A stretch of 63,511 nt of DNA, counting the filler, from Pelomyxa schiedti (lineage: Eukaryota; Protista; Evosea): NCBI GenBank assembly GCA_020536535.1. It is 11 parts of 11 records of this genome, joined end to end, with 100 filler letters (N's around TTAATTAATTAA, not from the genome) between each part and the next. Parts side by side here need not be neighbours in the genome. Positions count along the whole stretch, not along the records: positions 24,221 to 49,529 come from JAHLWZ010000189.1; 10 more parts are not named here. One strand, given 5' to 3'. The first letter of the stretch is position 1; the number at the start of each line of letters is the position of its first letter. Shown here piece by piece: positions 28,506 through 39,143 of this stretch. The translations under genes and the position numbers were made by a program. The notes under the pieces were generated by a model. It had not been told where the DNA came from and made no database searches. It saw nothing but the letters and a program-made list of their open reading frames with translations.

Positions 28506-30075
28506 ACGAAAACGAAAAGTGCTACGGTGTTCCATTCGCTGTGCGTTGTGCGTCGTATCGGTTCATGTCCGGCGTTGCATGGAGTTGTCAATGAGTATGG
28601 TGAGTCTAGAATGTCACTGTGTGCCATTCTCGAATTTGCACCTATACTATGTGCAGACTTGGCATCAGAATTTCCAGAAATTCCTCAGGTTGTTCATCTT
28701 GCACTGCCTCAATTTGAGCAAGGTAACACCATTCTCTTCAGAGATGCCAAACTAACTTCGTGCAGAAGATTCTGGTGTTCTCACTTCAAAATAATGTTAC
28801 CATGACTATTTCGAAAATTTCTATATCATAGAGTGAAATTCGCTATCCAAGTAGCATTAACTGCTTAATATAACGCAAATACAAGCCAATAAACCAATAG
28901 ATACAACCGAAATGACTAAATAGAGTGGTAATAATGCTACATAGCTTTGGATGATTTCCGAGCTTCAAATCTGCATATCTAGCATTCCTGCATTTGTAAG
29001 AACGTTTGCAGGTGTTGTATGCATGATTCCCATCATTTCTGTACTAATCCTGTTGCAGGATGCATTCTACCAGTGCCGGAAATGTCCGCTTGACTGCAGG
29101 TAATATCCTCGAAAATGCCGGTTGAGAGCGCGATTCTGCGGCATCACTCTCGTAATGCCATCATGATTCCACCATGCCGGACTCTCTCTCGTCACTGTGC
29201 CGGTATCTCCGCGTGCCTCGATGTCGCAAGAGATTTGATAGAACTGATGCTTTCTTCGAACGAAATTCTTTTTGTGATCAATGATCATTGGTTACGCGGA
29301 TTCCGAAGTGCCAACGATGCCGATGTCGAGCGTGCACAAATGGTGTACGCGTTGTAGTGCTCGCGGCGATGGTGATGTCGTCGTTCCAGACGTGCGTGTC
29401 GGCGATGAAGTAGGTGCAATAGATCGTGAAGATGGTGATGTAGTCCTTGTTGGTAGAACGCAACGCTCAGTGATCCACGTGGTTGAGAGGTCGTGCTAGA
29501 ACGCAGTCTCGTCGTGCAATGTCGAGTGCAAGACACAATCTCAGAATCATGTAGTGCTGGTACAGGAGCATGTTGCACTTGAACAACGTGCTGTGGAGCT
29601 CAGAGTTCTGTTCGAAGGTTGTAGCCTTGTGGATTCTACTTAAGCACACACACTCCACCTTCTTGAGATCAGAGAGCAGTTCTTCTGAAACCTCAGCCTG
29701 TAGTGCAAAGGATAACTATTTTGGTGTGGTTAGGGGTGGTTAGTTTTGAAGTCATGCTGTTGTGCAATTCTCAAGTCCATATTATCTTGGAATCAATCAC
29801 CACTGCAGTCTGCATTAGTGTGTTCATGAGACACTGCCTTGTTCCAGTAATTCCATCAAGCCTGCATTGGATTGATTGTTCATCATCCACACTCGAGTGT
29901 CCATTGAACTAAGCTTGTGCCAGGACACAGGACCAATTGACTGTGGCAAAGCAGAGTTCACAAGGTAAAAAAAGTACAAACAATAGAAAACAGGTAACCA
30001 CACAAAAGTGTGCACACAAAGTGCGCCACTTTTGTGTGGAGAACAAAATACTCAAAGGAAATAATAAATAAATCC

Positions 30076-30203
30076 ATGCCATGACAGCCTCCAGAGAAGG
30101 TAATGCCAGGACAGCCAAAGGTAATGCCATGACAGCCACATACATGCATGCACGAGGTAATGCCAGGACAGCCAAAGGTAATGCCATGACAGCCTCCAGA
30201 GAA
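30076..30203. repeat. Nested short tandem repeat built on GGTAATGCCA(G/T)GACAGCC
   Basis: 40-bp repeat at 30098-30137 and 30155-30194; 23-bp repeat at 30076 and 30181. Confidence 0.85.
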
Positions 30204-30414
30204 TGGGATTCCAGGACAGAGGACAGATTGACAGTGACACAGACCTGTGCCGTTATATAGTTGTGTAGAACTAAGATTGGGAATTGATACCACAGGAAAG
30301 CAACAAGAACACTGAAGTTTAAAGCAAACTTAGTATGCATGTGTTTGGTGCTTAAGACTTATGAACAAGAAACTGAAAATGGAACTACACAAACAACCAC
30401 TACATGCATGGCTC

Positions 30415-30652
30415 CCCTGCTCGTGCCTGTGCCCATGCCCCTGCGCCTGCGCCTGCGAGTGCCCCTGCGCGTGCCCGTGCCCCTGCCCGTGCCCCTGCGC
30501 CTGCGCCTGCCCCTGCCCGTGCCCCTGCCCCTGCGCCTGCCCGTGCCCGTTCCCGTGCCCCTGCCTGCGCCTGCCCCTGCCCCTTGCCCCTGCCCGTGCC
30601 CCTGCCCGTGCCCCGGCCTGCGCGTGCCCGTGCCCGTGCCCCTGCGCCTGCC
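30415..30652. repeat. GC-rich degenerate hexamer tract (GTGCCC/CTGCCC/CTGCGC)n
   Basis: Directly visible; accounts for several spurious ORFs. Confidence 0.9.
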
Positions 30653-31819
30653 TACCACTCCCTCCCCCTGCGCAACGTCGATGAGCACTGGCTGTTGCTG
30701 TGGATCGTCGTAGACCGCGGGACTACGACAGCGTAGGTTTTCGAGGTTTATGTGGTGTGATGTAGCTGTGGAAGTGTCTTGTTTTGTTTATTGTGGGTAG
30801 CGCCCGGGCCGCTACAGGCAGAACCAATGTTGCTTTTTTATTTGTTGATGACTAATAAAGCTGAGAGATCCACAATTAATTTTTGTCGACTTCAGTGATC
30901 TACAATGCAGTGTAAGGGTCGGTCCCTCGTCACTCCCAACGCGTTGGTGTGTCCCACAGTGGCGCTACCGATTTGGTGCTTCGTCATCGCCAGGAGGTAC
31001 CGGCCTCACTTACAGTCGCGATGTCGTGCTCAACCCAGATTGTGGGTTCGTTGTCATTGTGGGAGTTCCTTGGGGGCTCGGCACTCAAGGTCTCCCATAA
31101 TGACAATGTTGGTGGACAGGAAACGGTCCAATAAGTTTGCACGTTGCGATGTCTGGTTGTGGACTTTAATGTGAAGACCCATTGGCATGGCAAAAGTCAT
31201 CTGCGCTTTGTGTTGTAAAGAACCTCAGCCGCAGCAGCTTCTTTGCACCAAGCACGTGGATTTTAACTGTTGAAGGAAGTGGATTCAGCCCAAGTCCATG
31301 AAGGTAGAGGCAAGCTCTACTGATTGCATCTAATGAAAGCAAAAGCAGCCGCGCCTGGGCCTACCTTTACTATCACTGCCGTGCTTGGACCCCCTGCTGG
31401 ACCTTACCAGAACATTTGTCGATCCACTGACTCACAGACAGTTCCAGTTTGTCTACACCAAGGCGAAGCATAATCACCTTCGCCGTCATGTCAAGTTAAG
31501 CTTCACAAATAACACTTCACGGCCATTGAAATTCTCTGTATGTTAATTATTCCATACTCTGCCTTGAATTCATTACTCCTTTCAGGTTTCTGCTTATGCG
31601 TCCTCAGTAATGTTGAAATGCCATGGTGACTGTGGGGCGATGTTGTTCTTGCCGGTTTTACTGTGGTGCTTATTAGTTCACCCTGAGGACACATAAGCAG
31701 AACAACAAACCAACAAACAAGCTCAGAATCACTCATAAATCGTTCATTCAACCAACTGTGAGAATTGTGTGTGCAGTGATTGAAAAAAACGGGTTATTCT
31801 CTTTCGTGACATGAGCATG

Positions 31820-33343
31820 TCACCATGCACGTGAAGTGACCACTTTTGGGGTGCGGAACGTGATGGGGACGATCGACAGAAGGAGTACGCCCATGGGCAA
31901 AGTGATGGTGAACAACGTGGCACCTGACACAGCGTCAGTGAACGTGTGCATGGACAGTGGCGCGGCTGTGTTGTATGGAATCCCAAACCTCCTGCTCGAT
32001 GAGGGGTGGTGGTAGTGGATGGCCACGCGGCGTGCATCATCACTGATTGGTGGGGATTGCACAGTTGTGCTGGTGACAAGAAGGCCACATCCTGATGTCA
32101 CTGCCTGTGTTCCTGGTGGGTGCCTGTATGTGCACAGTGGAGTGGGGCGAGGATGGACGCACCTCCTGGAATGGGCTGCTTGACGAAATGGCGTCTCTGG
32201 AGCTCCTTGTTTGTTTGGGCGAGTGAGGGAGGATAAGGCAAAAACAGAGGTTGATGAGTGGTCACTGGTTGTTGTGGCGAGGTGTGACTCATCAACTGCC
32301 TTCACTTCCACTTGTCCTTCTGGGGTTTTCAACCACGCGATAGGCTCCCCTGTGTTTAAATCAAGAAGGTAGTGCTTTTCTATTGTACGGGCAGGTGCTT
32401 TGAATGGCAGCCGCCGAAGGGTACTCCTTGATAAACTTCCTGGAACCTTCTTCCTTGGTTTGGTGGAACATACCTTTGTGACCGGCAAGTAATAAACCAC
32501 TTTGTCCCTGTCCAACAGTGGGGAACACAGGCCTGCAGAGAGCGGTTCCGACAAACAGCAGTCAGAAATTACGGACACACTATCCATGGTGATTGCACCT
32601 TCCTGCCAGACCTTTCTCAAGTCAACGTGATGAATAACAATGGAGGTTGCAAACACCAAGTCATCCTCCAGAAATGACAGCTCCAGAGTGTCAGACTCCG
32701 AGTCATACGCGCTTGTTGTTGTAAAGAACCTCAGCCGCAGCCACTTCTTCACCACCGAGCACTCGAGGTGGTCTTCTGATGCCACACCACCCTCCACCCT
32801 CCACACCATCAGAGCTCCTGATCTCTTCCGTGACATCGCAATCCACCTCCTGTTGCACGCCACCCTGGCACTTGGCCTAAAACGATCCCTCCACCCCAGA
32901 AGCTCCTGTATCTGCGCTATGTCGTCATCACCATCACCATCGTCATCATCGCGTATCTTCCCGACAACCACGTTGTTCTGGCTATGACCATAGATCATAT
33001 CCGGGAGCATCACGCACCTGTCTGGTGCGATCCATCCCAGCACCGCCGAGTTGCGGACGACGCGGCAGGGGACCTGCACGAGGCCCAGGGTGTGGGACAG
33101 GCTGAAGAAGACCTCGTAGTCGGTGCGGGTGCCCAGGCCGAAGTTGGCGAGCACGGGGCGGTCGACGGCCGTCACCCACCTCTTGCCGATGCACTCCACG
33201 AGCACAGAAGGGGGCAGCGCGGCGGCGTGCCGGGCGCGAGGGAGCAGGGACGACGCGAGTGCGACGAATTGATCGGCGGCCGTGAGTGCGCCGGGAAGAC
33301 GCCTGAGAAACTCAAATTCTACGTCGTCCCTGTCCCTTATCAT
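31820..33343 (-). CDS. Family 2, copy B, 507 aa
   Basis: Intact ORF paralogous to copy A, with shared flanks. Confidence 0.75.
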   Translation of the reverse strand: MIRDRDDVEFEFLRRLPGALTAADQFVALASSLLPRARHAAALPPSVLVECIGKRWVTAVDRPVLANFGLGTRTDYEVFFSLSHTLGLVQVPCRVVRNSAVLGWIAPDRCVMLPDMIYGHSQNNVVVGKIRDDDDGDGDDDIAQIQELLGWRDRFRPSARVACNRRWIAMSRKRSGALMVWRVEGGVASEDHLECSVVKKWLRLRFFTTTSAYDSESDTLELSFLEDDLVFATSIVIHHVDLRKVWQEGAITMDSVSVISDCCLSEPLSAGLCSPLLDRDKVVYYLPVTKVCSTKPRKKVPGSLSRSTLRRLPFKAPARTIEKHYLLDLNTGEPIAWLKTPEGQVEVKAVDESHLATTTSDHSSTSVFALSSLTRPNKQGAPETPFRQAAHSRRCVHPRPTPLCTYRHPPGTQAVTSGCGLLVTSTTVQSPPISDDARRVAIHYHHPSSSRRFGIPYNTAAPLSMHTFTDAVSGATLFTITLPMGVLLLSIVPITFRTPKVVTSRAW

Positions 33344-33623
33344 TCCGCAGAAAGAGAAAACAATGGGTGTTGACTTGATTAGTGAGTGAAGAGCTACCAG
33401 TACAACGCTGTCACTCTTTGCAAGTTATTTGTTTTCGCCTGCAAAGTGTAAAACCACACACAGAGAACATACCTTGGGAGCGTGATAGGTTGGCAAAGGG
33501 AAACGAGCAAATTCTGTTCCCTTTCTTTGCATGAGCATTCCCATAGAAGGTATACACACAAGGGGCCAACCCCTGGTTTTTTATTATTTTTTTTGTTTGT
33601 TTGGCTTCCTTGTAGTGTCTTGT

Positions 33624-35556
33624 CTAGACGAAATTGTTTATGAGGGTGGTGTAAATGGTCAGCATCTGGAAAGAGACCCCAAAGACGATGAGTGACACCA
33701 TCCCTGCACAAAGCAATTTCCACTTCAGGTCTCGCTTGGCGTCGGGCTGGAACAGCACAAGCCGGAAGAACAGGAACGGTGGTACAACAAACCCAACTAT
33801 GGGAATAACAAGTGATCCAACCTGTAAAGTGGTGAGAGGCAGTGACAGAGGGAAAAGGAGCTCACCAGGATGGAGAATACACTGAAGTCGGGGAAGAGAA
33901 GAGCAACAGCGCATGTGAGAATGACGAGGCAAGTTCGTACGGCACAGCGGACAGGGGCAACGGTGTCGGGGGTGAAAATTTCGTCTTCCAAACCCTCATG
34001 TGCGATGTTCAGCCCCAGGGGATAGGTCAGCAAAAGAGAGAGGGTAAGAAGCAGTTTCACGACGGTGATTGCGGGGCCCTGCGAGGTAAGATGAGTAAAA
34101 ATGGATGTGAACGAGCGTCGCATACCGGGGGCAAGCAATCAAGTACAACAGAGCACCCACCATAGCCGGATGCGTACATGACGGCTCCAAAAGACAAGAT
34201 CATGAAAGCGTACAGCGTAAATCCAGACATGGACATCGTTGATGCCTCTCCGGGTTTCTTCAAGGTAGATTCACAAGAAATGACGCTGTTGAAGCTCGAT
34301 CCGCAGGAGTAGAGCAAAGTAGACAAGAAAAGTGGAAGTGCGGCCCAGTTGGCTGAGACAGTTTCAGCATAGTGTGCTTGGTCCAAGTTCGGGATGGCGT
34401 AGTAATAGCTCAGCCCCATAACACCAAAGACGTAGATGCCAAGACCAACAAAAGATAAGGGGACAAGTTGTTTGACATATCTAATCCAAGACAACATTAC
34501 AAGTACGGGGAATAACTGCGGTAATGTAAGTAATTCCCTTTTGGAAAAGAGGTTTGCTTACCCACATAAGCTGAATAAATCGTGAGATCCCGGGAATGAG
34601 TGTGTGAATATTGTTAATCATGATGATTATCCACCCAGTGCAGAAACAAAGTTGCAGAAGGCAGAGGGTAATAAGTACAGCCCACCTTGTGGTTTTGCTT
34701 GTAAGAGCTCCCATGTCCTTGTAGGTGATAACTGCGAGACACGGTAAGAATAAGTATGGGAGAGTTAAAAATTACTTGAGCCATTGTGAGCATCTCCAGT
34801 TTCAGTTTTGTTTGCAGCACGCTTGCACTACATCCTGATTAGGGAAAAATGCAACTCATTCAGGAGTACTCACTCTTATCAGTACTGCATGTGAGCACAT
34901 GATAATAGCCGTTAATATTGGGAGAGCAAAAACGCCAAGCCACAGGCCACTCAACGAAAAAGATTTGGGCATTGACAGAATGCCGGCACCAAGCATACTC
35001 CTGAGAGAAATTAGGTCGATTGAAAGGTTTAGCAAGGGAAAATAGAGGCGCACTTGATGAATTGGCCTGCGGCGCCAGCAGCGCTACTTCCTCTCCGGTC
35101 GTTAGCGGCCTTCTGTCTGATGACTCGCGCCTCGGCTGGATTGCCGATGTCGCCAGTCTTGAATGACTTTCTCAGGGAGCTCTTGAGCTGGTCAAAAGTG
35201 GAAGGCTCATACGGCCCGCCCACAGAGGCGCTGCCTCCCTCGGACGCATCAGAGTTTATCACGGCGAGATTAGGTTGGTCAGGTACCATCGGGTCCTCGG
35301 GGTCTCGCGATTGCGCGAACGTGTCGAGAGATTCGGACTGGCTTCGGGGAGGCATGTGTCGCGACGCGGCGTAGTCGTATCGGCCCTTGCGCGACGCGTC
35401 GGCTTTGAACAGCAGCGGCGTCTTCTCGTTCACAAACGGGCTTTTGAGGTGCACAACGGTTGTTGTCGATGACTCGTCGTCGCTCATTGGTGGCGATACA
35501 GGTGAATCGGGGGAGATCGATGGCGACGCGGGTGATAGTATAACTACTTCAGTCAT
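33624..35556 (-). CDS. Amino acid/auxin permease-type transporter (SLC36/38, AVT-like), multi-exon
   Basis: SMLGAGILSMPKSFSLSGLWLG, LLTYPL, multiple TM segments, long S/P-rich N-terminus. Confidence 0.88.
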
Positions 35557-36055
35557 TTTATATAACGATTATAATCGCGCGGTAGATCCAAAAAAAATGT
35601 TGTCGGCACGTCGCCGCCCGGTAATACGCAGAGCAAGGAAGGTAGTACTTAAAAAAAAGGAGGAAAGGGGCAAGAAATTGCGATTGTTTATTCGTTAAAA
35701 AAGCGGAATTTCGCGATAATTTCGCAACAGCGGATCTTTTTTTTTACACCCCTTGATTCTTCTAGTGACTTTTATTACGAAAACTTCGAAGCAGAAAAGT
35801 CTTTTCCTACTGCCGCTCCATTCGAGGACAAACATCATCGCAACCGAACAGAATGTATCTGATCACATTACGATGGGGTGAACTTTGCCTGGTTTAGATC
35901 AGCCAGGATCCACCACTTGTTGTGTGGTGTGGCTGTTTTGGTTCATGCAACCTATCCTCTCAGCTAGGCTGAAGATTCCTATGAGGAATTGTGTCATTTT
36001 CTTGTTGCAAAGTATTTGGGAAACGCTGCGGGAAAGTAAGTTGTGGGATTTGATA

Positions 36056-37597
36056 CTAGGGAATGAGAATGATAGGGACATAGTCGCCGGTGTTTGCGGT
36101 GGATTGTGATGGAGTGAGAATGATGAAGCAGTCCTGATGCTGTGTGGAGCATAGAACCCGGCTGTGTATTTGTATTGTGGGAGAGGACCGGTTGTGGTTG
36201 ATGTATGTTACTGCTGAGGCGTTGTTATTCGTTATTATTTTACCGGGTAGAACCTGGGTCCACCCTTTCCCTTTGTCCCGGGAAATATCTGTGTAGTTTG
36301 GTCAGTGAAGAGTATATATTGAGTATGTTATACCATTGGCCAATGGCAGGAAGAGGGTTCTAAAAGGAGGATTTTCTGTCCTTAAGAGGACTCTGCATAT
36401 GGCCGGTGCAACAACCATTGTGTATGCGGCAACACAAGAATTAGGAGCTCCGGGAAGACTGAAGACAATTATAGGGCCGGTGCAACCCCGGCCACCTCCG
36501 GTTTGTGCCTCCGGAAGAGAGGTAGTGGGTGGTCTTATGAATCCACAGGTAGCGGACTTGCCAGGACCAAGTTTAATATGTCGAAAGAGTTGCTCATATC
36601 CAGGTACTCCACGAAGGGCTTCAACGGTGCAGTCCCTTTCACTGCCCCATACTCCTCCAATTGTAACAACCATATCCACTTCGTTTCTCAGTACTCCGGT
36701 GTTCAACACGGTTTCTCTCACGCTTTCAACACTGTCACCTGCAAAGTGCACTCCAGTCACAACAACACCCAAACGGCGCAGATCAGAGCAAATAAACGCC
36801 GGATTGGTTGCGTAAATGTGACCCCCATTCGGGAACTGTGCCAAATCAGTGCCGGGGGGCACCAATTCGTCGCCGGTCGCCACAACCACGGCCCTCAGGG
36901 CATTCCTAACATAGCACTCCCGCACCCCGCAGCTTGCAATCGCGCACGCAATTGTGGGAGTGACAACCTGCCCGGCCCGGGCCACAACCTCCCCTTCCCT
37001 AACATCAACCCCAGGCTCAGCAACAAACCCAGTGCCAGTCCTCACCTTCTCACAGCTCACACAGAACACCGCCCCTTCCTTCCCATAATCGCCGCCGCTC
37101 CGCTCTCCCTTTGCAGTAATGTCCGCCGGAGTCTCGCCGTTGTCGGCTGCGCTGCCGGGTGTGAATCGGCACCACTCGATGGGGATGACGCTGTCGCACC
37201 AATCGGGCACAACCGCCCCTGTCGTCACCCTCACCGCCTCGGTTTTCTCGGCGTCCGAGGGCGCCGCCGTCCCACAATTCAGCGGCGACCCCGCCGTGGC
37301 CCCCAGCCGCCGCGACACCGCGAACTCCAAGTCGCCCCCCTGTGCCGCCCGCGACGAGGCCACGGCGAAGCCGTCGCGGGTGGACGTGCGCCCGCTGGGC
37401 GAGTGCGACTGCGCGACCACATCGCGCGACAGCACCCGATTTTCTGCGCGATGCAGGAACGCGAACGACTCGTCGGCGGCGGTTGTGGCAGCTCCACGCG
37501 CCGCCATCTCCAGATGGATCTCGCCAGGCACTATGTCGCCCCCTACCCCGGCAACTAGTGCCACTGCCTCATCCACAGAAACGTCGTCGTGCAGCAT
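36056..37597 (-). CDS. moeA: Molybdopterin molybdenumtransferase MoeA-like (Cnx1E/gephyrin E-type), divergent
   Basis: SVDEA, RDGFAV, TTGAVVP, ATGDELVPPG, TIGGV, PGKS, LPGAP; spliced C-terminus HSRVLCS...DCFIIL...GDYVPIILIP*. Confidence 0.82.
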
Positions 37598-37721
37598 GTG
37601 TTGGTTCTTGGAAATCAATCTTCTGATTTGTTGAGGTGCCGCACCCAAAATAGTGACAGTGTGTCTGCCACAAAAAAAAACTTGTTTTTTTTTTTGTTGA
37701 ATACCACATAGTGATCAGCAC

Positions 37722-39065
37722 TCAAAGGCGGTGGATGACTTCTGGACCACACTCGTCGTAAAGCTCTTTTGTGATGCACATGGACGTGAATGTGCCTAGT
37801 GAGCTGAGAAGGGAGCCACCGCACCAGGCAGCTAGGCTTCCGTCACGTGGAGCCGTGACCCTCACTTTTGTTTCTTCCGGCACTGTCAATGCTGATGTTA
37901 TCTCCCTCAGCAGCCTGGGGACTATGCCGTTGAAGTTGGAATTCCCCCCAGACACCACTATGTTCCCAAGCAGCTGCCTTTGTATTGTGGTGTCACTTTG
38001 TGCGATGCTCTGGACACAGCACTGGTGTATTCCTGGGGTTTCTGTGAATGCAGTACCCAGCATCGCTGGTTGGAACAACGCTTCTGGAGTGCAGAACCTC
38101 TCTTTCCCAATCACGATTTCCTGCCCATCAGGCAGTGTGTATGTTACATCTACAGCTTGGGGCTGGGTGGCATTCTTCACTTCTGATTGGAAGTCGATTG
38201 CCACATAACAAAGCCTCTCCTTCATGTCCCTCACCAGCTCCTGCTCGCTAGAGGTTCCAAAGCTGTACCCATGCTCTGATTCCAGTAACCTTCTCATGTG
38301 ATCATTGAGGTCATTTCCACCAATTTCAAGCTTGACAGTAGAATGAGGAATGGCGCAGCCATCAAACACTGGAACACAGTGTGTGACCCCTCCACCACTC
38401 TCAATCACCATCCCTGTTCTGTGTCCCATGGAGACAAGTGACATTACAGCTTGGTTGGCGATGTAAAATGCGGTTGTACTGAACGTCTCAAACATGATCT
38501 GTGTGGCCTTCTCCCTGTTTGGTTTGGGATTGAGTGGTACATCTGTGAGAAGGACTGCGTGCTCCTCTGGTGCAACACGTAGCCAACTATAAAAGGCATC
38601 ATGCCAGATATGTTCCTGATGTGAAGAAAACTGCAGTAAGACAGGGCGCACCAATGGAATGAGCCACGGGCAACATGTTTCTTACCATATCATCCCAGTT
38701 GGTCATCATACCGCGTTGTACAGGCCTCTTTAGTATCAGCATCCCCCTTTTGCTGATTGCATCCCCTCCAACGTAGTAGTCCTTCCAGCTGTATCCCTCC
38801 ATCACTGTTGTGTACTTCAAACCCCCCACAACTGTCTGTTCTTGATAATAAAAAAAATAACCCATTTGTATTAACAGAATAGCATATTAACATCATAGCA
38901 TTTTAGGTTAGCAGTTACCTGTTCCTGTGTAGATGGCTCGGCTTCACCACCAAGCCCTACCTTTGTGAACCACGACCCACAATCCATAACCACCGTTGCT
39001 TGCCTCTCCTCCTCATACGGCCCGTTGTCACCGTCGCCGCGGGCCACAGGAACGTGCCCCGCCAT
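37722..39065 (-). CDS. Divergent actin / actin-related protein, multi-exon
   Basis: VVMDCGSWFTKVG, TNWDDM, PLNPKPNREK, FETF, ESGGGVTHCVP, YTLPDGQ, SGGNS, AWCGGS. Confidence 0.92.
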
Positions 39066-39143
39066 TGTCAGTTCTGTTGGTTGGTTTTCTCTTAATTTTG
39101 AATTTCAAAACCAATCAACGGAACATTGATTTTTTTCGTCTGA

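Noticed and set aside
28850-29660. Viral or bacterial insert
   Set aside because: Only short stop-interrupted frames and one TM-like segment; no assignable motif
30339-30736. Multiple overlapping ORFs
   Set aside because: By-product of a stop-free GC hexamer tract; the same applies to antisense ORFs over ubiquitin, MoeA and other GC-rich exons
35598-36045. Small plus-strand gene with an Arg-rich targeting-like N-terminus (MLSARRRPVIRRARK)
   Set aside because: Could not build a consistent spliced ORF
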